A stretch of DNA of 62,371 bases, filler included, from Stramenopiles sp. TOSAG23-6 (lineage: Eukaryota), in assembly GCA_900128565.1 (NCBI GenBank). It is 26 parts of 26 records of this genome, joined end to end, with 100 filler letters (N's around TTAATTAATTAA, not from the genome) between each part and the next. Parts side by side here need not be neighbours in the genome. Positions count along the whole stretch, not along the records: positions 48,146 to 50,437 come from LT638153.1; positions 50,538 to 52,829 come from LT638154.1; positions 52,930 to 55,217 come from LT638155.1; positions 55,318 to 57,604 come from LT638156.1; positions 57,705 to 59,989 come from LT638157.1; positions 60,090 to 62,371 come from LT638158.1; 20 more parts are not named here. One strand, 5' to 3'. Under the pieces are notes generated by a model. The model did not search any database. It saw only the letters and a list, made by a program, of their open reading frames with translations, and had not been told where the DNA came from. Shown here piece by piece: positions 48,360 through 61,126 of the stretch. The translations under genes and the position numbers were made by a program. Position 1 is the first letter of the stretch. Each line of letters opens with the position of its first letter.

Positions 48360-50437
48360 TTATTTATATTGAAATGCGTTTTTCTTTTTCAAATGATTCG
48401 CTTCTGCGATGCGAGCTATATTAGATCCAAACATTGTCTCTAATAAAACTCGGCGCACTGGTACTCCAGTTTTCTGTGACTTTACTACAATACGCATATG
48501 AACGCGTCTAAAGATTAATTGAGTTCTAGATAATCTGTGTGATCTTACTATATGATTTGTTGCGACTCTCTGCAGTCCCAATACCCACCGCATTGCAGTT
48601 TCTCCAGTTGGATCAGATTCAGTAATAAAATTATAACACCTTTCGTTTGTTCGGAAAGAAAAACATTGCCACGGTGCATAATTTTTCGCATCTTTGTTGC
48701 GATACATCCAACTAGATGAATCAAGAAACGCTGGAGTTCTCGGTCCAAATAAGACAGATACAATGGAATCACTTGATACTGATGTTGAAAATTTCCGAGA
48801 ATCTGCGTATTTTGCTTTACACCATCCTACTGATTGTTTTGCTGCTTGAATACCAACCCATCGAGCATCGGGAGCTTTCGAGTAATTCTCAGAAAATTTT
48901 AACATGATATCACCACGAACCATTCCAACAACTGATTCATTCATCAAAGCCATTGATCGAAATCTCTTCAGCTTTTTATTTGTTATTGATCTTTGAGCAA
49001 TTAAATGTGTAGCATTACTCTCTTCTCGACGATCTATGCTCCATCTTTACATCTTCCAGAGCACATGAGTGTATTCGCTTCAATCGAGACTCAACTAAAG
49101 CAATTTCCTCCTTTTTAGCAAGATTAAATGTTGCTTCTTTTTCTATCAATTGTTTTTTATGTTCTTCAACTACTTGTTCAAGTTCTCTAGTATGCATACT
49201 TTTTTGTTGTTCGAGGCGCAAGTCTAATAAATTATTTACTTTACTCAATTCAGCCTCGGCTACGTGAACACTATCTTGTAAAGTTTTTACTCTTGCATTT
49301 AAAACTTCTTCATGATCAGCTTGCGAAGATTCCAAGATTCCATCATATTTACTTTTTAGAGTAGCAATAATTTCTTCACGTTTTTCTGATGCTTCAGCTT
49401 TAGCAGAAGAAATTGTAGTCGCCAAAGTTTCCTCGTGTTTAGCATTCATTGCATCGATATCATCTTTATACTTTGATTGAAGTTCCTCTTTTAAAGTGAC
49501 AAGCGCATTTTCTTTATCTTCTCTATGTGATGCAATTAATTTAGATATTTGTGTCTGTAAAGTTTGATTTAAATCTGCTTGAGCTTTTATATGACGTTTT
49601 TCAACCCTAGCCACTTCCAAATCAAGAGTTTCTTTCGCTCTACTATGAACTTTTAGACGCTCTTCAGCACATCTTTGAATAATACGAAGCATTAATCTTT
49701 CACCTTCGAGCCGTTCACGAACAGCAATTTCAGCACAGTTTTTACTCGATGTCACATTCGCTTGTGCATCATCTAACATAGCTTGAATATCAGCTCTACT
49801 TTTGCAATAACATCATCTGATTTTTTACGTTCTTCAGCAACTGCAGATGCAATTGCTTCATTCTTTTCTATAAGATATTTATCATACATTGTTTGTATAC
49901 GATTTTTATCATCAGAAATCTGCTGACGAAGTTTTTCACATTCTGCAGAAAGTTCTGAAAATTCATTTCGACATTTTGCTTCGGTTTTTACTATTTCATC
50001 ACGTGTTGCAGCAGCTGCATCTTGTAAAGCGGAGTCATTTAATTTTTGTGTAGCCTCAAAGTTNNNNNNNNNNNNNNNNNNNNNNNNNNNNNNNNNNNAA
50101 ATTTTTTCTGAATTTATCTTTTCTTGTTCAGCACAAATGCGCAACTGATTTGCATGTTCTACTTGCCTATTAGCAGCATCGCGAAGTGCTTCAGATTCAT
50201 TGAGTTTCTGTTCCAGGTCAAAACGAGACATTTCAAACACTTTAAGAATTTTTTTATGATCGCTTATTTTACTTTCTATTTCACTTTTGAGGGAGATATT
50301 TTCATTTTTGGTATTTTGTAATTCAGTTTTTAGTTGAGTTAATTCATCTGTTAGTTGTACAGAGGACTCATTGATACTTTTGGTAAGAGCAGCTTTGTGA
50401 CTCTCAACCATTACTCGCTGTTCTTCACGCCATGTTT
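48360..50437 (-). CDS. Long coiled-coil protein with a C-terminal PH-like domain (two apparent 1-nt indels near 49800 and 49040)
   Basis: Three consecutive ORFs can be joined by single-base shifts; C-terminal VLFGPRTPAF...WQCFSFRTNERCYNF...WVLGLQ. Confidence 0.6.
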
Positions 50438-50537
50438 NNNNNNNNNNNNNNNNNNNNNNNNNNNNNNNNNNNNNNNNNNNNTTAATTAATTAANNNNNNN
50501 NNNNNNNNNNNNNNNNNNNNNNNNNNNNNNNNNNNNN

Positions 50538-51232
50538 CTAAATACTAAATAATTCATTCCGGGCCAAAATAAAGTTCCAGCTAAGAAAGTGGGCAATAGG
50601 TCTTGTTTGATTTTCAAAACTACATCATGAAAAGTTTTTCGTCTACCGCACACGTCAGGAGGGCTTAAAAGTGTCGATGCAGTAAACATTACTGGGAGAC
50701 TAATAAATAGTGCAAAACTTGCATTCATTCCGATTTTTTTTACAATACAAAGTAAGCTAGTACCTGGTATTTTTTGTTCCAGTGCCATTTGAAAACAATG
50801 CGAAATTGGACCACTTATAAAAGTACCAATAATAAACATTTTCTTACTGCGTTCTCTATCCCATTCAAAATTATAGGATTGCATATTCATACAAGCATTA
50901 AGGATATTGTCTTTCTCTTTATGAATATTTTTTTTCTCGTCATCTTCACCATTTGCTAAGACTTTTAGAGTTCGACTTCTTTGGGATTCCAAAAATTGAG
51001 CAACCAAATCTCCTGTGCATAAACTTACACCTATAACGAAAGCAACTTTTAGAGTTTGCCTTCCAAATTCATACGGGGAAGCTTTACCCCACCACCGATA
51101 TTGGCGTAGTTTCTCTTTGGTACTACTAAATGCCCGAGGAGACCAGTTTCGCAATTTATTCTGTTGGAATAGACTTACTAAAGCTTTTTTGCCTTGAATA
51201 GAATATAATCCTTTGCGAGAAGCCAAAAGCAT
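50538..51232 (-). CDS. Mpv17/PMP22 family protein, 3' truncated
   Basis: GDLVAQ, WDRERS, GPISH, FWPGMNYLVF. Confidence 0.85.
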
Positions 51233-51760
51233 TGGCAAAGCAAAATGTCTTGAACCACTCGTCCAATGTACAGTGAAGGATAATCAATATGTATACTCAG
51301 TGAAAATATAACACGCAATTTTCTAGTTGGGTTATGATCTTCTTGAGTGAGAAAGAACACAGCTAATTTCAAATTATTGTGTACAAAACAATACTAGTAG
51401 CTACAGTACTACTGCAGATACTCATTGGACAAGTCACAAGTCACAAAAATGTGCTTTGCGAACAGGTTTGTGTGACATCAGAACTTTTGTGGGTGCACTG
51501 ACTCTCTCACAAAACCTAGCTACAGTATACAGACTAGTTCCTGACGACATATAAAATAATTCGAAATAGTCACAATGAATCAAAGCATAATTAATGATTA
51601 TGTGTTAAACAAAGTCTGACTTCAAGTAGCAATCTAGATCGTATATATAGTCATTGAAATTTTAGCTAATATCATAGAGAAAGTTCTTTGCAATTACTAA
51701 GTTTTCAGATAAGGCATTCTTAAACAAGTTTTCAGATAAGGCATTCTNNNNNNNNNNNNN

Positions 51761-52829
51761 AAAACGCTTTCCTAAAAATTTAACCTTAAAGGTATCAAAT
51801 ATTCCTAAACGGATCAATGGACAAGATTTAGAATTTCTTTTTGAGCGTTATACCATCCTTGGTGATTTGATATGGGCTCGTGTTGCACGTGATAAAGTTT
51901 CCTTCGAAAGTCTTGGCTTTGGTTTTTTACATTTTAAGGACACTGATGCGGCAAAATATTGTCTAGCAAAGTGTGGTGGCAGAGTACATTTATCAGATGC
52001 AAATGNNNNNNNNNNNNNNNNNNNNNNNNNNNNNNNNNNNNNNNNNNNNNNNNNNNNNNNNNNNNNNNNNNNNNNNNNNNNNNNNNNNNNNNNNNNNNNN
52101 NNNNNNNNCAAATTAGGACTTTTAGTAAACAATGCTGTGGAAGCGCTTGAAGTCTTACTACAAGCGGCTGGTTCAGCGCCTTCAGTACGTAAAAAGTTCA
52201 CTGGTATCAGCCCAGAGAGTCGGTTGAAGCTTTTGGATCTATTCATTCAATCTGAAACGTCCTTAATTCCTCTGCTTCAAAAAGGTCTTGATGTTGGTGA
52301 GTTTTTCAGCCGAAAGACTAGCCGGAGTCTTTCGAACCTCAGTGTCACAAAAAATATTCCCACTAGTACACACTCATTAGCCAAAAATACTCTTGATGTA
52401 GACCAAACAATTTCGTATAGTAGTGCTTTGCTAGGTCATGATCCTAAATNNNNNNNNNNNNNNNNNNNNNNNNNNNNNATCCTAAATTATTGAATACGGA
52501 ATCTTTTGAGAGTGGTGAGCCTAAAAGATCTCATGCAAATAGTATAGATAATTCTCGTCAACACAATGGTCCTCCTGTTGGAATTGTATCAAAGTATCAA
52601 AGTCCGCCTGGATTACCGAGAACAAAAAATCAACGAAAGAATGAAGTTCGAAGAAAGAAGAAACGTGAACTTGTTCGACTTCGACGAATTGGTCCGGTAA
52701 AGTTGATTCAACCGATTGGATCTCGATATGTGGGTGTTGAGTATTATGGCCATCAAACAACTTCCGTTGATGTTTGGTATCATTTACAACAAACTTCACC
52801 TGAAGGTCTTTGTAATGGTCGATATATAT
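51761..52829 (+). CDS. RRM-domain protein (gapped)
   Basis: LKVSNIP...LEFLFERY...ARVARDKVSFESLGFGFLHF. Confidence 0.6.
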
Positions 52830-52989
52830 NNNNNNNNNNNNNNNNNNNNNNNNNNNNNNNNNNNNNNNNNNNNTTAATTAATTAANNNNNNNNNNNNNNN
52901 NNNNNNNNNNNNNNNNNNNNNNNNNNNNNTATAAAAAAAAAATAAATTCGATTTTTTTGTAAAAAAAAAAAATAAAAAAAAAAACATAC

Positions 52990-53845
52990 ATTTCAGATGC
53001 GACTTTAAGAAGTTGTTGATATGCGATTTGTATTCCTTGACCCCAAACAATTCCTTCTCTACGACGGCGATCACCTAAATATTGCTTAAGCCCTTGAACA
53101 AAACGAGTTCTATCAGAATAAAAAGGAGTTTCCTGTATTGTGAAGAATAATATTTTTTTTTCGTACAACATTTTCTTTGTTAGGTACAAAATTTCGTATG
53201 AAAAAACAAAATTCATGATGGAAAAAAACGTACATGTAACTGAGAGTTACGGCAGTAAATATACAATAATTGGATTTGGTCAACCAAATCATTTTCGTTG
53301 CGAGCTGCATCAAGCACAGCTTTTACACGATTACGTGCATCATCATCCTGATTATATCCTGCGAGATCGACAAATAATTTTTGTCCACATGAGGAGAGAA
53401 AATGTTCCCGCGCTTCGCGAATTGCTTCGATCCATTTCTGTCGTGCTTCGCTGTTTTCTGCCACAAGAGTAAAATGTTTGCCCTTCCGCGTTTGTATTTC
53501 AAGACTATTACGACGGCCAGATGGATCTACCTTTGGAATAATCTTAATAATATCTTCTAAATTAATACAACCTTTGAGCTCTTCGCCTTTATAGTATTTT
53601 ACATATCTATCGCAAAGCATGAATAACCTACGCTTCCAGTTGCGAATAAAATGACCCTGTTTGATAAGATAACCTTCCTTCAAAATGACATAACCATTAC
53701 TATCAACATCACGCACGCGCGTTGGTGTCACTGCTTCCCAGCAACCACCAAGCATTTCTTCATTTACAGCGTCTGTGTCTTCATCACATACAACTTCAGG
53801 TTTTTCACTGTCCAAGCGCAGACGCGCTAGGTCATCAGCCGACAT
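52990..53845 (-). CDS. PH-domain protein, 5' part (GT-AG family intron 53133-53233)
   Basis: LKEGYLIKQGHFIRNWKRRLFML...ARQKWIEAI. Confidence 0.85.
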
Positions 53846-54179
53846 TACTCGATAATAAAATTCAATTTAAAAATAAGTGCAGTTGGTATTGACGCTTAAT
53901 TTCTAAATAGAGCATACAAAACAATGCGCAAAACGTTTATTTTTTATATTGCGGAAGATATCGATATTCCGCCAACTCGAGACAAAGAAAGAAGACAACA
54001 ATTAAATTTGTCGTGTCAGCTGTGCGCGAGATGGAATGGTGAAGTCGAAATTGAATTTTATTGGAGCTAGGGTTAGGGTTTGGAAGTCAGTTCGAAACAT
54101 CGAAACAAAGAATTGAAATTGACTGACATCTTGATTAAATTATCCTTATCCAAAGTTATTCATTAGTATAAGATAGATC

Positions 54180-55116
54180 ATGATGAAATACACCAATCTG
54201 TGTAAATCCACCATATATACACATTTAAAAGCAAAGCTCTACAATACCAAGAACCAATACATTCCAAACGTCTCCAGAAGACTTTCGAATACTTTGGCAT
54301 CCTCCACGAAACAACCCTTCACAGTTCTTGGTATTGAAACCTCGTGCGATGACACAGCTGCTGCTGTTGTCACATCTGATGGTCAAATTTTAGCTGAAAT
54401 AGTTTCTTCACAGTGGGAACTAAATGCAAAATATAAGGGTGTTCATCCTCTTTTTGCATCTCGTGCTCATAAAGAAAATTTACCGAGGGTTATCACTGAA
54501 CTCGAATTAGAGTTGAACTCGTCGAGGTATACCAAATCAAACAAATCAAACAAGTCAAACAAATCAAACGTAGAAAAATCAAACTTTGATAAAAATAGTT
54601 GTACACGTATACAAACAAAAACAAGTGATGATAATATTGGTACTTTGTCAATGAAAACGTTGAGAGGACTTTCAGCAGTTGATGCTATTGCTGTAACAAC
54701 TGGTCCTGGATTAGAAATGTGTCTAGATGCTGGAGTATGTACGTTTTGATCATTCACTGTAATTTGTTTTTTCTGTCTGTACTTTTGCACCTAACGATTT
54801 TTTTTGAAACTAAAATATATTTTTAGAATACATCGTTTGCAAAGGATTTAAGCAATCGTCTTCAAGTTCCTATAATACCCATTAATCATCTTGAGGGTCA
54901 TATTCTTGTGCCTCGGTTAGTCAGTGATGCATCAACAAATGAAGTCCATAAGATAGAAAAACAAATAGACCAAACCTTTCATTCTAACAAACAGATAGAA
55001 AAACAAATAGACCAAACCTTTCATTCTAACAAACAGATAGAATTTCCATTTCTTGTACTTTTAGCGTCTGGCGGACATACAGAATTATTACTTGCAAAAC
55101 GTTTAGGTTGTTATAT
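54180..55116 (+). CDS. OSGEPL1: Mitochondrial tRNA t6A synthase TsaD/Qri7/OSGEPL1 (exons 54180-54738, 54834-55116)
   Basis: VLGIETSCDDT, IAVTTGPGL, GV|SFAK, NHLEGH, FPFLVLLASGGHT. Confidence 0.93.
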
Positions 55117-55330
55117 GTATGTTTTATTTTTTTTTTTTTCCGGTAAAAAAAAATTGAATTTGTTTTTTCGTACGAAATTTTGTACCTAACAATTTTTTTA
55201 GATTTTTTTTTGAAATANNNNNNNNNNNNNNNNNNNNNNNNNNNNNNNNNNNNNNNNNNNNTTAATTAATTAANNNNNNNNNNNNNNNNNNNNNNNNNNN
55301 NNNNNNNNNNNNNNNNNCATGAAAACGTAC

Positions 55331-57604
55331 ATGTTTTGCTCCGGGTTAAACTTTCCCGCAATAATCTGGCCGGGCAAGCTTTTCTCACCACCACGCCACA
55401 TGGCAGAGACTCGCGCACCAATTTCATGAGGACTACTAAAACCACCATTACTAGAACTTGAACCATCTGTACTTAGATGCATTCCCTTACTTCGATTTTC
55501 TTTTACTATAGAACTTACTGGCTCAAATGCTATAATTTCATATTGGCTTATTATAGGATCAGTGGTATAGTACCTATATGTATGCTTTGGAAATCCTAGA
55601 TTGACTCGAAGAACACGACCTTGGCTTGATATTGGTTGGTTTATTATACAAAGTTTGTAATCGCTAATTTGATTTGGAGGTCCGTCCAAAATGTCTATTA
55701 ATTTCTCAGCATTACACCCATATGAAAATAGATACGGAAATCTTTCACTATCAAAACTATTTGTTGATTTTCCAATGTACTGACCACTAATCATTTCCTG
55801 TAATATCAATTCTTTGGACTGTAATAGTTGTGGTGTTTGTCTTTTTCTACTTCTATTTTGCACATTTTGTAAATTATTTGAGGGGTCAATTAAATCAGGA
55901 ATATTATCGTCATCCGATGACACACTACTAAAATTATCTGAATTTTGATATAATTGAATATTCGGAGAACTATGATTCCTCAATCCAGGCAAACTACNNN
56001 NNNNNNNNNNNNNNNNNNNNNNNNNNNNNNNNNNNNNNNNNNNNNNNNNNNNNNNNNNNNNNNNNNNNNNNNNNNNNNNNNNNNNNNNNNNNNNNNNNNN
56101 NNNNNNNNGAAATGCCTGATGAAAACGTATAGAATAAAAACTCAAAAAAAACCTTAGGTACAAACTTTCGTACCAAAAAATAATTGAAATTAATGATGAA
56201 AACGTACATGGTGTATTCTTGGGACTTTTATCATATATTCCAAAGAAGAAGAAGGGTGAACTTTCAAATCATCTGATGAACCAGATGTTGAAGAAAATAA
56301 ATTTGTCATTTCATTAGGAATTGATGTACCACTAATTTTAAAAGCTTTTCTCAAAATTCTCAAGACAGATAATTTTCGTTCTTTTGGCTTTGTTGTACCA
56401 CTTAAGGTAGGATGTGTAGAATTATTCCAAGCCCAATCCGCTAAATAACTCCATCCTGCTGTGTGACCATACTCATCCGGCTTTGGCCAGTCGACATCCT
56501 CGACGCCGTCTATAGGATCTATCACAGGGGTCCTAGTAATTTCACGAGTTTGACGAAGATAGTTCAATCCGTCAGGNNNNNNNNNNNNNNNNNNNNNNNN
56601 NNNNNNNNNNNNNNNNNNNNNNNNNNNNNNNNNNNNNNNNNNNTCATCTCTGTATCTGTTAATGTATTTTGTGCATTTTTTGATCGAGTAAAATGAAAAG
56701 CAGCTTTGATAATACCTTCCGGAGGATTTTGCAAATGTTGTTCAACATGCATTTGATTTTCAGAAATTTCGGAATTACTAAAATTATGTTTCTGCTTCAC
56801 ATCATTTGATTCTGTAAAACCTTTTAAAAATAAAAGAGCACGAGCATTTTCATGTCCGTCTCTGACATCTAATAGATTTCGTGAACTTTTTACACATGCC
56901 ATGAACTGTTCTTTAGTAGTATTATGATTTCGCCAGTCAAACTGCATCAACAATTCTGCAATCACGTGTCTTGACAGTGAATTTGGGTCATCTAGCCCAT
57001 CACCCNNNNNNNNNNNNNNNNNNNNNNNNNNNNNNNNNNNNNNNNNNNNNNNNNAAATATAGGAATCATGGCTTCGACTGTGGGAGGGAAATCTTTAGCA
57101 CAATGGATTAGCTTTGCGTATAAAACAGGATCAGAGAGTATTCTTTGACTTCTTTCTGGTAATTTTTGAGGGAGAAGATAACCAACAACATTTTCACATT
57201 CCTCACTCATCTCAGAAGATGTTGCATCCTGCAGTTCAGCTACCTCTATTTTTTCATCATCAACTTTATTATCGTTCGTATGCTGCATTGCGTCTACACT
57301 ATTTACGTCATTTGTAACATCTTTGTCAATCCTTTTTTTATCAAAACTTTTCATATGTTTACGTCTCCAAGAGGATCCACCAGTTACTAAAAAGAGCATC
57401 GCTTTCAAACAATATTTCCAGTCAGGCTGCGAGTACTGAGGATTTTTCACAGCATTTTCCCATAACGGCAACGTAGGTAATTCTTTATCAGGTGAACGAC
57501 CGCCGAGCAAAAAATGACAAAAGAAAGCCATAGCATCTTTTTCTATTAAAACATATCTGTGGTGAATTGTGAGATTTTGTAAAACAGTAAAATACTCTGA
57601 GAAA
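55331..57604 (-). CDS. Internal part of a large hypothetical protein, gapped; a Tudor-like motif starts near 55420
   Basis: Consecutive minus-strand ORFs separated by N gaps and one family intron (56125-56207); IGARVSAMWRGG..LPGQI. Confidence 0.45.
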
Positions 57605-57759
57605 NNNNNNNNNNNNNNNNNNNNNNNNNNNNNNNNNNNNNNNNNNNNTTAATTAATTAANNNNNNNNNNNNNNNNNNNNNNNNNNNNNNNNNNNNNNNN
57701 NNNNTTGTACCTAACAAATTTTAGTTTTTTTTTTTTTGAAATATTTTTCCAAAATACAT

Positions 57760-59936
57760 AAACATTTTAGCCATTCTTCTATTCATAACATATCATATGG
57801 TAAAGGAGCAACTACTAACGCCAACATGTCTGATAACCCAAACTCTTTATTACAACCAAAAGTGATTCAGTATGAAGTATGGATCAATTGTGAAAAAGTC
57901 ATTCCTCCAATATGTATGTTTTATGTTTTTCAAATTCGAATTTTTTTCGTACGAAATTTTGTACCTAACAAATCTTAGTTTTTTTTTTTGAAATATTTTT
58001 CCAAAATACATCAGATTGGATCGATCCAAATAAAGAGAGTGCAATGACAAGATTAGGTACGATAATTTCTAGTAAATTACCAAAATTTCTAGGGTTCAAT
58101 CAAAAGACAAATAAAAAACATAGAAAACAAAATTTGTATGGTGAAAATCAACAAACGGAAGAAAAGCTACCGATACGACCTCCTTCTCATTGTGCGTTAT
58201 TTGTAGCAGCATTTCGTAGAGATTCAAATGGGAATAAAATAAAACTAGGTCGGACAGAGACTTGTTTTGCTTCTGTCAATTTAGGTTTGTCAACGAAAAC
58301 AAAAAAAGGAAAAATTTCATCTCAAGCTTCTTTTGATAATTTGCATTGTGTTAATAAATATGGTGCTTCTGTTGCTTTTAGTATATCTTTATTACTAGAG
58401 ATTAATATAGGTCAAAATAATTCTGCAGATAATTCGATACTATTTGAACTATTTTGTGCTTCTGCTGAAAAAAAACTTTTGAAGAGCAATAGTAAATTTC
58501 GTTTATTAGGAACTGCACAGTGCAATGGACATACAATACTTTCAACTCAAATGAATAACAACACGTATAAAAGTAGCAATCGACGTAATGATATAACGAA
58601 TGGAATTGGTAAAGACATTCATTCAGAATCAAGAATTACATTGCATTTTAGTACGAATACGTGTAGTAAAAATGAAATTTTTACTACACAGTCATCTCCT
58701 GCAGTAATTCATCTAATACCTGTTCAAAAACCGCACACGATTCCTTTATGGCCTGCCTTTCCTGCATCACTATTTTCCAAGAGTACGTGGCAATGGTATC
58801 GTTTTTGTGATGAAGAGTCGCAAATGATGCGCAAAGAAATAGTTGTTGCAGAGAGATCGAGTGATACGATGTACTCTGCGAAAATTCCAGAACTTTTTCT
58901 AACTCAAAGGATAAAAGAAATTAAAGAAATGATGGTTGGTGCAGTTCGCTGGGCTGCAGCGTTAGATGGATGTATGGGTGTATTTGGTACGAATATTGAT
59001 AATGATGATAATGTTGATATTTCTGGTGACTTATTAAATTGTAAAAATTCAATTGAAATGGAACAAAAAGCTCACGAAGAAGGATGGAGTACTTGTCTCG
59101 TCACTATTGAATGCGGTCGAGGTATGCACCTTGACTTTGATGTAAGTAATCCATTTGTTCAACTCACATTTGTACCATCATCTGTGACTGGTCGCAAAAA
59201 TGACATTATTGGAAGAACAAATACAGAGTATGGAACATCAGAACCTATTTGGGGTATGCAAGAATATCCAACCCCCCCAAGTTTTGCCTCACAAAAGTCT
59301 TGTGTTGGACCTATAATTGTTAGTCGAGATGGCCGACGTTGTAGTATAATGTATGTTTTATTTTTTTTCAATTTATAATTTATTTTTTTTGAAAATTTTG
59401 TACCTAACAAATTTTAGTTTTTTTTTTTTTGAAATATTTTGTCACATCACATAAATACATCATTGAATAATAGTACTAAAATAACAAAATGTGATGGAAA
59501 AAATGTAATGTCATCGCGTAAAAGAGGTCAATCTATTTCCACAACTCAAAAAAAAAGAAGTGATTCTAGAACCCAAAATTTCACTCGTAGTAAATTTACG
59601 ACATTTTCTCATCCAAACACTTGGACTACACAAGATCCTCGCAAAAATAGTATGTTTTCAAAATTGATTGTTTTGCATTTTCTTTTTTTACGAAATTCCA
59701 TAGCTAACGATGTTTTTTCTATACTATTTTGTTACAATACATGTGATTCAGGGACCTCAAAGTGGTGCAAATCTAGAGAAAATACAATAGGATTTTTTGT
59801 TCCTCCCGTTCCAAAACAAACTCTGAGCGAAAAATCACAAAAACAAATGGAAATTTGTGCAAAGAATTTACAGAAACTTGGCGGTGATTGGGGCTTACTA
59901 CCTACCCGATCTGGAGGAAGGGAAGGCAACCAGCAT
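57760..59936 (+). CDS. C2-domain protein, possibly inositol polyphosphate 4-phosphatase-like (internal exons)
   Basis: KLGRTE, SNPFVQL...IIGRTNTEYGTSEPIW, VAERSSDTMYSAKIPELFL. GT-AT introns at 57914-58011, 59351-59452 and 59650-59742. Confidence 0.5.
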
Positions 59937-60154
59937 GTATGTTTTATTTTTTTTTTTAAACAAAAAAATCGAATTTTTTTTTCGTACGANNNNNNNNNNN
60001 NNNNNNNNNNNNNNNNNNNNNNNNNNNNNNNNNTTAATTAATTAANNNNNNNNNNNNNNNNNNNNNNNNNNNNNNNNNNNNNNNNNNNNTAGGTACAAAA
60101 TTTCGTATGAAAAATAAATTCGATTTTTTTGTAAAAAAAAAAAATAAAACATAC

Positions 60155-60835
60155 ATTGTACCATAATCGAATTCCACTATATTCTGGCCAGTCTAATAAT
60201 TGTGCTAAGCGAACAATTTGTCTATACACCCACTCAAATTCTTTAGGAAGTGTAGTAGCTCTGCGACCATCGAGTATATATTTTTTTTTATTTTCTTCTT
60301 GAACAGCTGCAAGAATAATTGCTCCTTCTCCAATGGAAGACACAGTCCGCTCTTCATTCCACATGTCACGAATTATTGTTTGTAATAATATATTCTGAGC
60401 AAGGATATGTGCATCGGCAATATCACCACCATTTATAAGTATAGCATCGTACTCAAGTGGTCGAACTTCAGAAAATTTCATAGGAGAAGTAAACGTTTTC
60501 GACGTTATCATTTCGTCATAAATTTTCTGAACGGAAGAACTGGTTGGGTAATACCATTGTAGTCCAAAGGGTGGATTGAACCGTATTGGATCTGGTAAAA
60601 CCTTTTCACCCATACTTGAGGCAAAGTGTACTTCCAAACCGTTTTCTGTGAGTACTTTCCATGTAATAGCAACGCTCCATGGGTCATATCTACGTTGTAA
60701 GGGCAGTAAAACACGAGACACGGTTTTTGCATGTCTCGAGAAGATGTCATATTGAATACGACTTGAATATGGTGATATAAAGGCCAAATAAAATAGGATC
60801 GAAAAGACGACACCAGATAAAAATGATCTTGACAT
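60155..60835 (-). CDS. DJ-1/PfpI-like protein with an N-terminal signal anchor, exon 1
   Basis: YDPWSVAITWKVL...VHFAS, YDAILINGG, ILDGRRAT. Confidence 0.7.
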
Positions 60836-61126
60836 TCTATTTCACTATAAAAAGCTTCTTTTGAGTATTATCATACAGGTTATACTACTACCTACTTGTA
60901 AGTAATTACACTTTTTTTTGGATACTGTTCGTCACTTGATAATAAATTGAAAAAATCCAAAAAAAAAGTTCAATTTTCAACGGATATGTTTAGCTCGAGA
61001 AATCGGGGATTTCGTGTTAACGTTATATTTTGTAACGGTTGTCTGCAAAAAAAATCATCATTGAAAAAAGCATCCTTCTGTGGTATTTTTATCATTAGGA
61101 AAACCATAGCTAGTGTATATCAAGTA

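Larger units (their letters stand above)
2724..54081. repeat. Dispersed short interstitial (TTAGGG)2-3 tracts, about 20 sites
   Basis: Examples: 2724-2741, 4301-4315, 8871-8890, 13191-13212, 18774-18787, 23762-23776, 28629-28650, 30746-30760, 31565-31601, 38119-38134, 38876-38896, 42288-42303, 42559-42572, 45579-45592, 47924-47938, 54068-54081. Confidence 0.9.

Noticed and set aside
23355-49805. Frameshifts near 23360, 26055, 34010, 49040 and 49800 as programmed frameshifting or pseudogenes
   Set aside because: Each is fixable by one base in a short homopolymer and they share no slippery motif. Sequencing or assembly error is more likely.
2319-60089. Regular ~2.4-kb periodicity and TTAATTAATTAA palindromes, suggesting nanochromosomes or a repeat array
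   Set aside because: These are artificial all-frame-stop linkers between length-sorted contigs. Contig ends carry no telomeres and often fall inside the intron repeat. Gene neighbourhoods across linkers are meaningless.
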